This document shows positions 34,465 to 45,947 of a DNA stretch of 64,000 nucleotides, piece after piece; position 1 is the first letter of the stretch, and every line of letters begins with the position of its first letter. Below the pieces are notes generated by a model. It worked only from the letters and a program-made list of their open reading frames with translations. It did no database searches and was not told where the DNA came from. This DNA comes from Larkinella insperata (GTDB taxonomy: Bacteria; Bacteroidota; Bacteroidia; Cytophagales; Spirosomataceae): assembly GCF_026248825.1 (NCBI RefSeq), contig NZ_CP110973.1, positions 2,111,668 through 2,175,667 of the forward strand, given 5' to 3'. Position numbers and translations under genes: made by a program.

Positions 34465-36567
34465 ATGGCAACTGATCTTCGATACCTGCGAAACATTGGT
34501 ATCGCTGCCCACATCGACGCCGGTAAAACGACTACGACCGAGCGGATTCTTTATTACGCCGGGGTGAGCCACAAAATCGGCGAAGTACACGAAGGGGCTG
34601 CTACCATGGACTGGATGGAGCAGGAACAGGAACGCGGTATCACCATTACGTCGGCTGCTACAACCGTCAACTGGAAATACCGTGACCAGAACTATCATGT
34701 CAATATTATCGATACCCCGGGTCACGTAGACTTTACGGTAGAGGTAAACCGGTCGCTGCGCGTACTGGATGGTCTGGTGTTCTTGTTTAGTGCAGTAGAT
34801 GGTGTTGAGCCGCAGTCAGAAACCAACTGGCGATTGGCCAACAATTACAACGTGGCCCGTCTGGGTTTCGTGAATAAAATGGACCGGGCCGGTGCCGACT
34901 TCCTGAACGTTGTCAATCAGGTAAAAGAAATGCTCGGTAGCAATGCCGTACCGCTGCAATTGCCGATCGGTGCCGAAGATAACTTCAAAGGTGTGGTTGA
35001 CCTGGTTAACTTCCGCGGTATCCAGTGGAACGAGCACGACAAAGGAATGACCTTCCAGGAAGTGCCCATCCCGGATGATATGCTCGAAGAAGCCCGCGAA
35101 TGGCGTGGTAAACTGCTCGAAGCCGTTGCGGAATACGACGAATCGTTGATGGAGAAATACTTCGAAGACGAAAACTCGATCACGGAAGATGAAATCCTGA
35201 CGGCTCTGCGCCAGGCTACCATCGAGATGAAAATCGTTCCGATGTTGTGCGGTTCTTCGTTCAAAAATAAAGGGGTGCAGACGATGCTCGATTACGTGAT
35301 GTCGCTGCTGCCTTCTCCGCTCGACAAACCGGAAATCAAAGGAACTAACCCGAACACGGATCAGGAAGTCGTTCGTCACCCGACGGAAAGCGACCCGTTC
35401 ACGGCATTGGGCTTTAAAATTGCGACCGACCCCTACGTTGGCCGTCTGTGCTTCGTACGCGTTTACTCAGGTGCATTGGAGTCAGGTTCTTACGTTCTGA
35501 ACACCCGTTCAGGCAACAAGGAACGGATTTCTCGGATTTTCCAGATGCACGCCAACAAGCAGAATCAGATTGATAAACTGCGGGCGGGTGATATTGGTGC
35601 AGTCGTTGGGTTTAAAGACATCAAGACGGGCGATACCCTTTGCGATGAGAAAAACCCGATTATCCTGGAATCCATGATCTTCCCGGATCCGGTTATTGGT
35701 TACGCCATCGAACCGAAGAAAACGGCTGATCAGGATAACTTCTCGAAAGCCATTGGTAAACTGATCGAAGAAGATCCGACTCTGAAAGTAGAAACGGATG
35801 AAGAAACCGGTCAGACGATTATCCGGGGTATGGGTGAGCTTCACCTTGAAATTATCATCGACCGGATGCGTCGGGAGTTCAAAGTAGAAGTAAACCAGGG
35901 TGCTCCGCAGGTGGCTTACAAAGAAACGCTGACGAAAAACTTCGAACACCGCGAGCTTTACAAAAAGCAAACGGGTGGTCGTGGTAAGTTTGCCGACATC
36001 GTATTCGAAATCATGCCGGGCGAAGAAGGTAAAACCGGCCTGGAGTTCATCAACGGAATTGTTGGTGGGGTTATTCCGCGTGAATTCATCCCGTCGGTAG
36101 AGAAAGGCTTCCGCGAAGCCATGTCAACAGGTCCGTTGGCGGGTTATCCGGTCGACTCTATGAAAGTACGGTTGTTCCACGGTTCCTTCCACGACGTTGA
36201 CTCCGATTCGCTATCATTCGAATTGGCGGCTCGTCTGGGCTTCCGTGAAGCTGCCAAACAGGCCGGTCCGAAACTGCTTGAACCGATTATGGCGGTGGAA
36301 GTTCTAACACCGGAAGAATACACCGGTCCGATCACGGGTGACCTGAACCGTCGGCGTGGTATCATGAAAGGGATGGATAGCCGGGCTGGCTCACAGGTTA
36401 TCAAAGCAGATGTTCCGCTGTCGGAGCTGTTTGGTTACGTAACGGATCTGCGGACAATGTCATCCGGTCGTGCAACGGCTAACCTGACGTTCTCACACTA
36501 CGAACAAGTGCCGACTAACTTGGCAGAAGGCATCGTAGCCAAAGCAAAAGGAACGGTTAAAGCTTAA
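34465..36567 (+). CDS. fusA: Translation elongation factor G
   Basis: 700 aa. G-domain motifs ([18 protein letters not shown]) and EF-G domains II-V. Followed by rpsJ. Confidence 0.95.
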   Translation: MATDLRYLRNIGIAAHIDAGKTTTTERILYYAGVSHKIGEVHEGAATMDWMEQEQERGITITSAATTVNWKYRDQNYHVNIIDTPGHVDFTVEVNRSLRVLDGLVFLFSAVDGVEPQSETNWRLANNYNVARLGFVNKMDRAGADFLNVVNQVKEMLGSNAVPLQLPIGAEDNFKGVVDLVNFRGIQWNEHDKGMTFQEVPIPDDMLEEAREWRGKLLEAVAEYDESLMEKYFEDENSITEDEILTALRQATIEMKIVPMLCGSSFKNKGVQTMLDYVMSLLPSPLDKPEIKGTNPNTDQEVVRHPTESDPFTALGFKIATDPYVGRLCFVRVYSGALESGSYVLNTRSGNKERISRIFQMHANKQNQIDKLRAGDIGAVVGFKDIKTGDTLCDEKNPIILESMIFPDPVIGYAIEPKKTADQDNFSKAIGKLIEEDPTLKVETDEETGQTIIRGMGELHLEIIIDRMRREFKVEVNQGAPQVAYKETLTKNFEHRELYKKQTGGRGKFADIVFEIMPGEEGKTGLEFINGIVGGVIPREFIPSVEKGFREAMSTGPLAGYPVDSMKVRLFHGSFHDVDSDSLSFELAARLGFREAAKQAGPKLLEPIMAVEVLTPEEYTGPITGDLNRRRGIMKGMDSRAGSQVIKADVPLSELFGYVTDLRTMSSGRATANLTFSHYEQVPTNLAEGIVAKAKGTVKA

Positions 36568-36577
36568 ATTTAGACAA

Positions 36578-36617
36578 GACAGAGAGCGGTTAGCGATACC
36601 TGCTCTCTGTTTTTTAT
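36578..36617 (+). terminator. Intrinsic terminator-like hairpin after fusA
   Basis: gacagagagc ... gctctctgtt stem with a 14-nt loop, followed by TTTTTTAT. Confidence 0.55.
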
Positions 36618-36704
36618 AAAAGCCGGATTGCTGGAGTAAATGGTTCTTTCAGCATCGGGCCGCCGGCCATAAACCGGTTACTTTTATCAGAACCACAAAT
36701 TGTC

Positions 36705-37010
<306 letters not shown>

Positions 37011-37190
37011 GGCTAAAAATCTTTCTAACTTTTTCGCAAAAAATTTTTAGAAAGAAAAGAAATAGTCTATATTTGCAATCCGAATCGCGAAGTAAAGGCA
37101 ACGACATAAATCGGATGAAGGTCCTCTTCGGAAACCGCATCTGACTATTTTAGTCCGGTAATCCATGAAACTTGGATCAACCGAGCAGAA

Positions 37191-37225
37191 GGTCAGGTGT
37201 AACACACCTGGCCTTTTTTGTTTTT
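37191..37225 (+). terminator. Terminator/attenuator-like hairpin in the rpsJ-rplC leader
   Basis: ggtcaggtgt-aaca-cacctggcc: a 9-bp stem with one G-U pair, followed by TTTTTTGTTTTTG. Confidence 0.45.
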
Positions 37226-37257
37226 GACCGAAATAGTTGATAATAAATAAAATACGG

Positions 37258-37289
37258 TTTGGAATAGAGGGTAGTAATTCGTACTTTTG
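37258..37289 (+). promoter_or_regulatory. Candidate promoter for rplC and downstream genes (TTTG-N20-TActTTTG)
   Basis: TTTG at 37258-37261 and TACTTTTG at 37282-37289 with 20-nt spacing, about 55 nt upstream of the rplC ATG. Confidence 0.4.
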
Positions 37290-37343
37290 CACTCCGTTTT
37301 TTGGGTTTATACTTATAAATTCCTGCTTTACAACCACTTATTT

Positions 37344-37964
37344 ATGTCTGGTTTAATTGGAAAGAAGATTGGGATGACCAGTCTGTACAATGCTGACGGG
37401 CAGGCTCTGGCATGTACAGTCATTGAAGCTGGTCCCTGTGTTGTTACTCAGGTAAAAACGCAGGAGTCGGACGGTTACCAAGCCGTCCAGTTGGGTTACG
37501 GTGAAAAGAAAGAAAAACGTACCACTAAGCCTTTGCTTGGTCACTTCAAAAAAGCTGGTACGACGCCGAAACGCAAATTAGTTGAGTTTAAAACATTCGA
37601 GAAAAACCTGGACCTAGGTCAAACCCTGGAGGTTGCGGATGTTTTTGTTGAAGGCGACTTCGTAGACGTTGTTGGAACGGTGAAAGGTCGCGGCTTCCAA
37701 GGTGTTGTGAAGCGCCACGGTTTTGGCGGTGTCGGTGGACAAACCCACGGTCAGCACAATCGCCAGCGTCACCCGGGTTCAATCGGTGCCTGTTCGTTCC
37801 CATCGCGGGTTTTCAAAGGCTTGCGGATGGCGGGTCGTTACGGCGGCAACCGGGTTAAAGTACAGAACCTGCGCGTTCTGAAAGTTCTGCCCGAGCAGAA
37901 TTTGATCGTAGTGAGCGGCTCGGTACCGGGCGCAAAAAATTCGTTCCTCATTTTAGATAAGTAA
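37344..37964 (+). CDS. rplC: 50S ribosomal protein L3
   Basis: The true start is [13 protein letters not shown] at 37344; the upstream part of ORF 37287 is leader. Conserved L3. Confidence 0.95.
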   Translation: MSGLIGKKIGMTSLYNADGQALACTVIEAGPCVVTQVKTQESDGYQAVQLGYGEKKEKRTTKPLLGHFKKAGTTPKRKLVEFKTFEKNLDLGQTLEVADVFVEGDFVDVVGTVKGRGFQGVVKRHGFGGVGGQTHGQHNRQRHPGSIGACSFPSRVFKGLRMAGRYGGNRVKVQNLRVLKVLPEQNLIVVSGSVPGAKNSFLILDK

Positions 37965-37966
37965 TC

Positions 37967-38593
37967 ATGGAGGTAGCAGTTTATAACTCGAAAGGAGAGG
38001 ATACAGGCAAAAAAGTGAATTTGTCTGATGATATCTTCGGAATTGAGCCGAACGAGCACGCGATCTACTTAGACGTGAAACAATACCTGGCAAACCAACG
38101 TCAGGGAACGCACAAGGCAAAAGAACGGGGTGAGAATGCTCACTCAACCCGTAAGATTAAGAAACAGAAAGGTACGGGTGGTGCGCGCGCCGGTTCTATC
38201 AAATCGCCGGTATTTGTTGGCGGTGGAACCATCTTCGGTCCTCGTCCCCGCGACTACTCGTTCAAACTGAACAAGAAAGTTAAGCAACTTGCTCGTAAGT
38301 CGGCGTTGGCCGCTAAAGCGAAAGGAAACAGTGTTTCAATCCTGGATAACTTTACGCTGGAAGCAGCCCGTACGAAATCATACATCGAGTTTCTGAATGG
38401 TTTTCAGGCATTGAATACTAAAACGTTGTTGATTCTGCCAGAGGTAGACGCAAACGTAGTTCTGTCAAGCCGTAACCTGCAGAAAGCGAAAGTAACGACG
38501 GCTGATAACGTCAACACCTATGATCTGATGCACGCTGATCGTCTGCTGATTGCGGAAGGTGCCTTGTCGAAACTAGAATCTCTTCTCCAGTAA
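37967..38593 (+). CDS. rplD: 50S ribosomal protein L4
   Basis: 208 aa, MEVAVYNSKGEDTGKKVNLSDDIF... Confidence 0.95.
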   Translation: MEVAVYNSKGEDTGKKVNLSDDIFGIEPNEHAIYLDVKQYLANQRQGTHKAKERGENAHSTRKIKKQKGTGGARAGSIKSPVFVGGGTIFGPRPRDYSFKLNKKVKQLARKSALAAKAKGNSVSILDNFTLEAARTKSYIEFLNGFQALNTKTLLILPEVDANVVLSSRNLQKAKVTTADNVNTYDLMHADRLLIAEGALSKLESLLQ

Positions 38594-38599
38594 TTGACT

Positions 38600-38893
38600 A
38601 TGGAAAACGTACTGAAAAGACCGATCATTACCGAGAAGGTGACGGCCCAGAACAAGAAAGGCCAATACGGATTTGAGGTATCGATGAATGCCAACAAAAT
38701 CGAAATCAAAAAGGCCGTCGAAAAACTGTACGGTGTTACGGTAACGGAAGTAAACACGATGCGGTGCATTGGTCATAAAAAATCAAAAAGCACGAAAAAA
38801 GGCGCAATCACTTCTGGCCGTACATCAACCTGGAAAAAAGCAATCGTTACGGTTGCCGAAGGAGAGATCATCGATATTTACGCCGAAGCATAA
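38600..38893 (+). CDS. rplW: 50S ribosomal protein L23
   Basis: Start at ATG 38600 (MENVLKRPIITEK...). The track ORF begins at TTG 38594. Confidence 0.9.
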   Translation: MENVLKRPIITEKVTAQNKKGQYGFEVSMNANKIEIKKAVEKLYGVTVTEVNTMRCIGHKKSKSTKKGAITSGRTSTWKKAIVTVAEGEIIDIYAEA

Positions 38894-38937
38894 GGGGTAA
38901 CCCAACCACGAACGACTAAACGAAGTAGTTAGGAATC

Positions 38938-39762
38938 ATGGGAGTTAAGAAACTGAAACCAACAACCCCGAGTCAGCGTTTTCGGGTGGCCCCGGACTTT
39001 GCCGAGATCACTACCGACAAACCGGAACGGAGCCTGCTGGTAACGATAAAAAGAACCGGTGGTCGTAACAACCAGGGACACCGGTCGATGCGCTACATCG
39101 GTGGCGGTCACAAAAAACAATACCGGATTATCGACTTCAAACGCGATAAGATGGATATTCCGGCAACGGTTAAAACGATCGAGTACGATCCGAACCGTTC
39201 CGCTCGTATTGCGCTGCTTTTCTATGCTGATGGCGAGAAACGCTATATTCTTGCTCCACAGGGCATTACCGTTGGACAACAAGTGATTGCGGGCGCATCA
39301 GTCGCTCCCGAAGTAGGAAATGCCCTGCCACTGTCGTCCATGCCGATTGGTACTATCGTTCACAACGTTGAGCTAAAGCCTGGCAAAGGTGGAGCGATGG
39401 TTCGGAGTGCGGGTACATACGCACAGTTGGTTGCCCGGGAAGATAAATACGCGATCTTGCGGATGCCTTCGGGGGAACAACGGATGGTACTGGGAACTTG
39501 CATTGCAACGGTCGGTTCTGTGTCCAACCCGGACCACATGAACGTCAGCATCGGTAAAGCGGGTCGTACTCGCTGGCTGGGCCGCCGTCCGCGCGTTCGT
39601 GGTGTTGCCATGAACCCGGTCGATCACCCAATGGGTGGTGGTGAAGGACGGGCGTCTGGTGGTCACCCACGTTCACGTACGGGTCTGTATGCAAAAGGCA
39701 AGAAGACTCGCCCGGTAAACAAATATTCAGATCGTTTGATCATTAGTAAACGGAAAAAATAA
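38938..39762 (+). CDS. rplB: 50S ribosomal protein L2
   Basis: 274 aa; includes [13 protein letters not shown] and the C-terminal [14 protein letters not shown] motif. Confidence 0.95.
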   Translation: MGVKKLKPTTPSQRFRVAPDFAEITTDKPERSLLVTIKRTGGRNNQGHRSMRYIGGGHKKQYRIIDFKRDKMDIPATVKTIEYDPNRSARIALLFYADGEKRYILAPQGITVGQQVIAGASVAPEVGNALPLSSMPIGTIVHNVELKPGKGGAMVRSAGTYAQLVAREDKYAILRMPSGEQRMVLGTCIATVGSVSNPDHMNVSIGKAGRTRWLGRRPRVRGVAMNPVDHPMGGGEGRASGGHPRSRTGLYAKGKKTRPVNKYSDRLIISKRKK

Positions 39763-39769
39763 GAGGTAG

Positions 39770-40048
39770 ATGGCACGCTCACTTAAAAAGGGTCCCTACA
39801 TAGATTTTCGTCTGGAAAAAAAGGTGGAAACCATGAATGATTCGGGTCGTAAGTCCGTTATCAAAACTTGGTCACGCCGTTCAATGATTTCTCCGGATTT
39901 CGTTGGCCATACGTTCGCCGTCCACAATGGCAATAAGTTCATTCCGGTATATGTTACCGAGAACATGGTCGGTCATAAGTTAGGCGAGTTTTCACCAACC
40001 CGTAACTTCCGGGGCCACGTTGCGAAGAAAGACAAAGGCAAACGATAG
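39770..40048 (+). CDS. rpsS: 30S ribosomal protein S19
   Basis: 92 aa, [15 protein letters not shown]...[16 protein letters not shown]. Confidence 0.95.
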   Translation: MARSLKKGPYIDFRLEKKVETMNDSGRKSVIKTWSRRSMISPDFVGHTFAVHNGNKFIPVYVTENMVGHKLGEFSPTRNFRGHVAKKDKGKR

Positions 40049-40108
40049 AATTGTTTAACGTTTACCGCTTGAAAGTTTACTGAAGGCGTTAAACCTGAAA
40101 CCAAAAAA

Positions 40109-40498
40109 ATGGAAGCAGTAGCAAAGCTAAAAAATGTGCCTTCGTCTCCTCGTAAAATGCGGCTGGTTGCCGATATGATTCGGGGGCAGAAGGTGAGCAA
40201 AGCGTTGGGAATTCTGCGTTATCAACCTCAGGCTGGTGCTGCATTGCTGGAAAAGCTGCTGCTATCGGCGGTTGCTAACTGGCAGCAAAAAAACGAGAAC
40301 GAACGTGCTGAAGATGCCGATCTATACGTAAAAACGATCTTTGTAGATGGTGGCCGGATGCTGAAGCGTCTGCGTCCTGCTCCTCAAGGACGTGGCCACC
40401 GGATTCGTAAACGTTCTAATCACGTAACGATCATCGTTGAAAGTGCCGCAACCGGCCTTACCGTTGCACCAGAAGTTTCAACAGAAAACGCAGAATAA
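40109..40498 (+). CDS. rplV: 50S ribosomal protein L22
   Basis: 129 aa, [26 protein letters not shown]... Confidence 0.95.
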   Translation: MEAVAKLKNVPSSPRKMRLVADMIRGQKVSKALGILRYQPQAGAALLEKLLLSAVANWQQKNENERAEDADLYVKTIFVDGGRMLKRLRPAPQGRGHRIRKRSNHVTIIVESAATGLTVAPEVSTENAE

Positions 40499-40510
40499 CA
40501 AGACAATAAA

Positions 40511-41338
40511 ATGGGACAAAAAGTAAACCCCGTTGGTTTTCGGCTTGGCATCGTTAAGGGATGGGATTCTAGCTGGTATGGCGGCAAAGAGTTTCCGGAT
40601 AAGCTGGTTGAAGACGAACGAATCAGAAAATATATCCAGGCTCGTATTCCGAAAGGATCGATAGCCCGGGTTGTTATCGAGCGGACCCTGAAACGCATTA
40701 CGCTGACTATTCACACGGCCCGTCCGGGTATTGTGATCGGTAAAGGTGGTGGTGAAGTCGATAAGATTAAGGAAGAGTTAAAGAAAATCACCGGTAAAGA
40801 CGTTCAAATTAATATTTTCGAGATCAAACGTCCGGAAATTGATGCGAAACTGATTGGTGAGACGATTGCTCAACAACTTCAGGCTCGTATTTCATACCGT
40901 CGGGCCATGAAGCAGGCGATTAGCTCGGCCATCCGGGTTGGCGCTCAAGGAATCAAAGTTCGCGTATCGGGTCGTCTGGGCGGTGCTGAAATGGCTCGTA
41001 CAGAAGAATACAAAGAAGGTCGCGTACCGCTGCACACGCTGCGTGCGGATATCGACTACGCCATTTCAGAAGCTCAAACGATTTACGGCAAAATCGGAAT
41101 CAAAGTTTGGGTTTTTAAAGGTGAGCTGTACGGTAAGCGGGATTTGTCACCAGCTGCTCAAATCACGGCTGCTCAATCGGAGCGCGGTGGCGAGCGGAGC
41201 GAACGCCGTGGCGATCGCGGAGATCGTCGTGGGGATCGCGGTGGTGATGGCGAGCGCAACGACCGTCGCCGGGGCCGGAACGATCAGAACCGGGGTGGTC
41301 AGCGTGGTGGTCAAGGCCAGGGCGGACGCAAGAGATAG
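40511..41338 (+). CDS. rpsC: 30S ribosomal protein S3 with a C-terminal Arg/Gly/Asp-rich low-complexity tail
   Basis: 275 aa. Conserved S3 KH and C-terminal domains, then [52 protein letters not shown]. Confidence 0.95.
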   Translation: MGQKVNPVGFRLGIVKGWDSSWYGGKEFPDKLVEDERIRKYIQARIPKGSIARVVIERTLKRITLTIHTARPGIVIGKGGGEVDKIKEELKKITGKDVQINIFEIKRPEIDAKLIGETIAQQLQARISYRRAMKQAISSAIRVGAQGIKVRVSGRLGGAEMARTEEYKEGRVPLHTLRADIDYAISEAQTIYGKIGIKVWVFKGELYGKRDLSPAAQITAAQSERGGERSERRGDRGDRRGDRGGDGERNDRRRGRNDQNRGGQRGGQGQGGRKR

Positions 41339-41388
41339 TAAGAACATCGGGCGTCAGCTATAGCAGCGTCCTTTAGATACGACTAAAG

Positions 41389-41817
41389 ATGTTACAACCA
41401 AAAAGAACCAAGTTTCGTAAGCAGCAGAAAGGCCGGGTTAAAGGCGTCGCCGGACGTGGTCACCAAATCGCTTTCGGATCGTTTGCCATCAAGTCGCTGG
41501 AACCCGGTTGGATTACAGCCCGTCAAATTGAAGCGGCTCGTATTTCCGTAACCCGCGCTATGAAACGAGAAGGCCAAGTATGGATTCGGATCTTCCCCGA
41601 TAAAGTAATTACGAAAAAGCCTGCCGAAGTACGGATGGGTAAAGGGAAAGGTGCTCCCGAATATTGGGTAGCTACCATTAAGCCCGGTACGATTTTGTTT
41701 GAAGCAACCGGCGTACCGCTGGATGTGGCAAATGAGGCCCTGCGGTTAGCAGCACAAAAGCTGCCGATCAAAACAAGATTCGTTGTTCGTCGGGATTATC
41801 AAGAAACAGAAGGCTAA
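41389..41817 (+). CDS. rplP: 50S ribosomal protein L16
   Basis: 142 aa, [16 protein letters not shown]... Confidence 0.95.
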   Translation: MLQPKRTKFRKQQKGRVKGVAGRGHQIAFGSFAIKSLEPGWITARQIEAARISVTRAMKREGQVWIRIFPDKVITKKPAEVRMGKGKGAPEYWVATIKPGTILFEATGVPLDVANEALRLAAQKLPIKTRFVVRRDYQETEG

Positions 41818-41882
41818 CTCGGGAAAAGGTTGCCAGTTAAGGAATGAATCCCAAAACGGGCAACTACCAACAAAATTCAGTC

Positions 41883-42077
41883 ATGAAAAAGAACGAGATT
41901 AAGTCGCTGACGGTTGAACAATTGAATGAGCAGGTAGCGGCTGAAAAAGATCGCTTGCAAAAGTTAAAGTTTGCGCACGCTATTTCGCCAATCGAAAACC
42001 CGTTGCGAATTCGCACAACGCGAAAACTGATTGCTCAATTACTGACCGAGCTGACTAGTAAACAAAAAGCCAGCTAA
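41883..42077 (+). CDS. rpmC: 50S ribosomal protein L29
   Basis: The start is MKKNEIKSLTVEQLNEQV at 41883; the track ORF from 41844 includes leader codons. Confidence 0.85.
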   Translation: MKKNEIKSLTVEQLNEQVAAEKDRLQKLKFAHAISPIENPLRIRTTRKLIAQLLTELTSKQKAS

Positions 42078-42094
42078 TTTAACGGTATTGACTC

Positions 42095-42358
42095 ATGGAG
42101 CAGCAAGGAAGAAATCTAAGAAAAGAAAGAATTGGTAAAGTGGTCAGCAACAAAATGGAAAAATCCATTACAGTTGCGGTCGATCGGAAAGTGCAGCACC
42201 CAATTTATGGGAAATTTATGCACCGTACGAAGAAGTTCATGGCCCACGACGAGAAAAATGAGTGCGGAATCGGAGATACCGTTCGCATTATGGAGACCCG
42301 TCCGTTGAGCAAGAACAAATGTTGGCGGTTAGTCGAAATCATTGAAAAGGCGAAGTAA
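42095..42358 (+). CDS. rpsQ: 30S ribosomal protein S17
   Basis: 87 aa, ...[19 protein letters not shown]... Confidence 0.95.
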   Translation: MEQQGRNLRKERIGKVVSNKMEKSITVAVDRKVQHPIYGKFMHRTKKFMAHDEKNECGIGDTVRIMETRPLSKNKCWRLVEIIEKAK

Positions 42359-42360
42359 TC

Positions 42361-42729
42361 ATGATCCAGCAAGAATCACGTTTGGGCGTAGCCGATAACA
42401 GCGGTGCCAAAGAAGTACTTTGCATCCGGGTACTGGGTGGAACCGGCAAGCGTTTCGCTACAGTTGGAGATAAAATTGTAGTGACGGTAAAACAGGCACT
42501 TTCTTCAAGTAACATGAAGAAAGGGACAGTTTCCAAAGCGGTAGTCGTTCGGACTAAGAAGGAGGTACGCCGGAAAGACGGGTCGTACATCCGGTTTGAA
42601 GATAACGCGGCTGTGCTGCTGAACAACAATGACGAGCCCCGGGGCACCCGCATTTTTGGGCCCGTAGCCCGTGAATTGCGCGAGAAGCAGTTTATGAAAA
42701 TCGTTTCCTTAGCTCCAGAAGTATTGTAA
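42361..42729 (+). CDS. rplN: 50S ribosomal protein L14
   Basis: 122 aa, [19 protein letters not shown]... Confidence 0.95.
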   Translation: MIQQESRLGVADNSGAKEVLCIRVLGGTGKRFATVGDKIVVTVKQALSSSNMKKGTVSKAVVVRTKKEVRRKDGSYIRFEDNAAVLLNNNDEPRGTRIFGPVARELREKQFMKIVSLAPEVL

Positions 42730-42731
42730 CT

Positions 42732-43070
42732 ATGAAGAATGTAGCAGATAAACCTGCGAAGTTACACATCAAAAAAGGAGATACTGTCAAAGTTATTTCC
42801 GGTAACTCGAAGGGTCAAACCGGTACGATATTGCGCGTTTTGGTCGATAAACAACGCGCCGTGGTTGAAGGAGTGAATATGATCACCAAACACGTAAAAC
42901 CATCGGCAGCCAACCCCCAGGGGAGTTTGGAAAAGCGTGAAGGAACAATTCACATCAGCAATCTGATGATCATTGATCCAACGACTAACGAACCTTCCCG
43001 GACTGGCCGCAAACTGAACGATAAAGGTAAGTTGCAACGATTCTCGAAGAAATCGGGTAATTTTATCTAA
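42732..43070 (+). CDS. rplX: 50S ribosomal protein L24
   Basis: 112 aa; KOW motif (IKKGDTVKVISGNSKGQTGTI). Confidence 0.95.
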   Translation: MKNVADKPAKLHIKKGDTVKVISGNSKGQTGTILRVLVDKQRAVVEGVNMITKHVKPSAANPQGSLEKREGTIHISNLMIIDPTTNEPSRTGRKLNDKGKLQRFSKKSGNFI

Positions 43071-43107
43071 TTTATTAGGAATCAGGAACGTATAACAAGG
43101 TACGAAA

Positions 43108-43662
43108 GTGGCAACTCCGAGACTGAAAGAGAAATATACGAACGAAATCGTGTCCCAACTGAAGGAAAAGTTTCAGTACAAAAGCATCATGCAGGTGCCG
43201 AAACTGTCCAAAATTGTTGTTAACAAGGGGATTGGGGCCGCCGTTGCAGATAAGAAATTAGTAGATGTAGGTGTAGATGAACTGACTATGATTACAGGTC
43301 AGAAGGCTGTACCGACGATTGCGAAAAAAGCCGTCTCTAACTTCAAACTGCGTGAAGGAATGCCGATCGGGGCGAAAGTTACCCTGCGCGGAGAAAAGAT
43401 GTATGAGTTCCTGGATCGTCTGACCGCTGTTGCTCTACCGCGCGTTCGTGACTTCAAAGGAATCAGCGACAAGGGCTTCGATGGTCGTGGTAACTACACG
43501 TTCGGTGTTCAGGAGCAGATCATTTTTCCGGAAATTACGATCGACAAAGTGAATCGGATTTCAGGAATGGACATTACGTTCGTTACAACGGCGAACACGG
43601 ATGAAGAAAGCTTTGCATTATTGAAAGCGTTGGGCATGCCCTTCGCCGGAGGTAAAAAATAA
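43108..43662 (+). CDS. rplE: 50S ribosomal protein L5
   Basis: 184 aa, [15 protein letters not shown]... Confidence 0.95.
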   Translation: MATPRLKEKYTNEIVSQLKEKFQYKSIMQVPKLSKIVVNKGIGAAVADKKLVDVGVDELTMITGQKAVPTIAKKAVSNFKLREGMPIGAKVTLRGEKMYEFLDRLTAVALPRVRDFKGISDKGFDGRGNYTFGVQEQIIFPEITIDKVNRISGMDITFVTTANTDEESFALLKALGMPFAGGKK

Positions 43663-43682
43663 CGCATAACGCGACTAAAAAC

Positions 43683-43952
43683 ATGGCAAAAGAATCCATC
43701 AAAGCAAGAGAGCGTAAGCGGATTGCCTTAGTTGCAAAGTACGCTACAAAGCGTGCTGCACTGAAAGCAGCTGGTGATTACGCCGGATTAGATAAACTGC
43801 CGAAAAACGCTTCTCCGGTGCGCCTGCACAATCGGTGTAAGTTGACAGGCCGCCCACGTGGGTATATGCGGAAGTTTGGTATCTCCCGCGTAACCTTCCG
43901 CGAAATGGCCTCGGCTGGTAAGATCCCGGGTGTAACAAAGTCAAGCTGGTAA
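43683..43952 (+). CDS. rpsN: 30S ribosomal protein S14
   Basis: 89 aa, [13 protein letters not shown]...SSW. Confidence 0.95.
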   Translation: MAKESIKARERKRIALVAKYATKRAALKAAGDYAGLDKLPKNASPVRLHNRCKLTGRPRGYMRKFGISRVTFREMASAGKIPGVTKSSW

Positions 43953-44038
43953 GTTTTACGCTATCTAGCGATTATCAAAACAATTCCCTAATTTTGCAGG
44001 CCCGTTTGAAAAGGCTTGCAGTTACTAATCAGGAGGAA

Positions 44039-44437
44039 ATGAATACTGATCCCATAGCAGATTATCTGACTCGCATCAGAAATGCGATCCGCGCCAAGCA
44101 CCGGGTCGTCGAAATTCCTGCTTCCAATATAAAGAAGGAGATCACTAAGGTACTCTTTGATAAAGGCTTCATCCAGAACTACCGGTTCGATGAGACAGGC
44201 CCCCAAGGAAGTATCAAGATTGCGCTGAAGTATAATCCTGTAACGAAACAGCCAGCAATTGTTGACTTGCAGCGGGTAAGCCGTCCAGGTCTGCGTCAGT
44301 ACAAAGGAGCTACGGACATTCCGCGCATCTTCAACGGCCTAGGTGTCGCCATCGTCTCTACTTCAAAAGGAGTTATGACGGACAAGGAAGCCCGGACGCT
44401 GAACGTAGGTGGTGAGGTATTGTGTTACGTATATTAA
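44039..44437 (+). CDS. rpsH: 30S ribosomal protein S8
   Basis: The start is [16 protein letters not shown] at 44039; the track ORF from 43994 includes upstream leader. Confidence 0.9.
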   Translation: MNTDPIADYLTRIRNAIRAKHRVVEIPASNIKKEITKVLFDKGFIQNYRFDETGPQGSIKIALKYNPVTKQPAIVDLQRVSRPGLRQYKGATDIPRIFNGLGVAIVSTSKGVMTDKEARTLNVGGEVLCYVY

Positions 44438-44446
44438 TCAGAAACT

Positions 44447-45004
44447 ATGTCACGCGTAGGTAATAAAATCATTGCACTGCCCGAGAAAGTATCAGTTTCG
44501 GTCGAGAACGGTAACACAGTTACGGTGAAAGGCCCGAAGGGAACACTGTCGCAGAGCATCAACCCGGACATCAAACTGGAAATCGCTGACGGCGAACTGA
44601 AAGTGGTTCGTCCCAATGATCAGAAGCGTTTTAAATCCCTACACGGATTGTATCGCGCTCTGGTAAACAACATGGTAACAGGCGTTAGCACGGGTTACCG
44701 GATTGAACTTGAAATTGTAGGGGTCGGTTACAAAGCTGTTGCCTCAAACAATATCCTTCAGTTGACTTTAGGTTATTCGCACGATATTTACGTTGCGATT
44801 CCGAATGAGCTGAATGTAACGGCTGTTACGGAGAAAGGGCAAAACCCGAAAGTGATTCTGGAAGGGATTGACAAGCAACTGATCGGTGATGTAGCCGCCA
44901 AGATTCGGTCCCTGCGTAAAGTGGAGCCGTACAAAGGTAAAGGTATCCGGTTTGTGGGCGAAGCAATCCGTCGTAAAGCTGGTAAATCTGCTTCTAAGAA
45001 ATAA
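44447..45004 (+). CDS. rplF: 50S ribosomal protein L6
   Basis: 185 aa, MSRVGNKIIALPEKVSV... Confidence 0.95.
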   Translation: MSRVGNKIIALPEKVSVSVENGNTVTVKGPKGTLSQSINPDIKLEIADGELKVVRPNDQKRFKSLHGLYRALVNNMVTGVSTGYRIELEIVGVGYKAVASNNILQLTLGYSHDIYVAIPNELNVTAVTEKGQNPKVILEGIDKQLIGDVAAKIRSLRKVEPYKGKGIRFVGEAIRRKAGKSASKK

Positions 45005-45042
45005 GCAGTAATAGGTGAACCATATAATAAGCACAGGCGAAA

Positions 45043-45399
45043 ATGGCTGTCACAAAAGAAAGCAGGAGACTGCGCATTAAAAGACATATTCGGAATAAAG
45101 TATCCGGAACGGCAGATCAGCCGAGATTATCAGTGTTCCGGTCAAACTCCCGGATTTATGCTCAAATCATTGATGATGAGAAAGGCCACACGCTGGTGAG
45201 TGCATCTTCAATTGATATTAACGGCAAAGATAAAAAAGGCGTCAACGTTGACACGGCAAAACAAGTCGGACAAGCGTTGGCGGAGAAAGCAACTACCAAC
45301 GGCATTACCAAGGTAGTTTTTGATCGGAACGGTTATTTGTATCATGGTAAGGTGAAAGCTTTGGCCGACGGTGCTAGAGAAGGCGGCCTTCAATTTTAA
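45043..45399 (+). CDS. rplR: 50S ribosomal protein L18
   Basis: 118 aa, ...[17 protein letters not shown]... Confidence 0.95.
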   Translation: MAVTKESRRLRIKRHIRNKVSGTADQPRLSVFRSNSRIYAQIIDDEKGHTLVSASSIDINGKDKKGVNVDTAKQVGQALAEKATTNGITKVVFDRNGYLYHGKVKALADGAREGGLQF

Positions 45400-45407
45400 G
45401 CAAAACA

Positions 45408-45923
45408 ATGGTAACCAGCACAAGACCTGCTAAAGTTAACGAATCAGACCTGAAGGAACGCGTGGTAGCTATCAATCGCGTTGCAAAGGTGGTGAAAGGT
45501 GGTCGGCGTTTTAGCTTTGCCGCTATTGTTGTCGTCGGTGACAGCAACGGTGTGGTTGGCTACGGCCTGGGCAAAGCAAACGAAGTAACGGATGCTATTG
45601 CTAAAGGAATTGAGGATGCGAAAAAGAACCTGGTACAGGTTCCTTTGCTGAAACATACAGTTCCTCACGAAATGGAAGGAAAATTCAGCGGTGGTTTTGT
45701 CCTGCTGAAACCTGCTTCAGCCGGTACAGGCGTTATTGCTGGTGGAGCTATGCGTGCCGTTCTGGAGAGCGCAGGTATCCGCGATGTATTGGCCAAATCA
45801 AAAGGTTCTTCCAATCCGCACAACGTAGTTAAAGCGACTATCGATGCGCTGCTGAAAATGCGGGCTCCGCATCAGGTGGCATTTCAGCGTGGAGTGAAGC
45901 TGAGTAAGGTTTTCAACGGATAA
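45408..45923 (+). CDS. rpsE: 30S ribosomal protein S5
   Basis: 171 aa, ...[24 protein letters not shown]... Confidence 0.95.
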   Translation: MVTSTRPAKVNESDLKERVVAINRVAKVVKGGRRFSFAAIVVVGDSNGVVGYGLGKANEVTDAIAKGIEDAKKNLVQVPLLKHTVPHEMEGKFSGGFVLLKPASAGTGVIAGGAMRAVLESAGIRDVLAKSKGSSNPHNVVKATIDALLKMRAPHQVAFQRGVKLSKVFNG

Positions 45924-45947
45924 GCGTCCTTTATAACTGCAATAGAA

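Noticed and set aside
44031-44036. AGGAGG Shine-Dalgarno-like sequence upstream of rpsH
   Set aside because: Bacteroidetes largely do not use SD-dependent initiation. A single occurrence is not evidence of regulation, so it is not listed as a feature.
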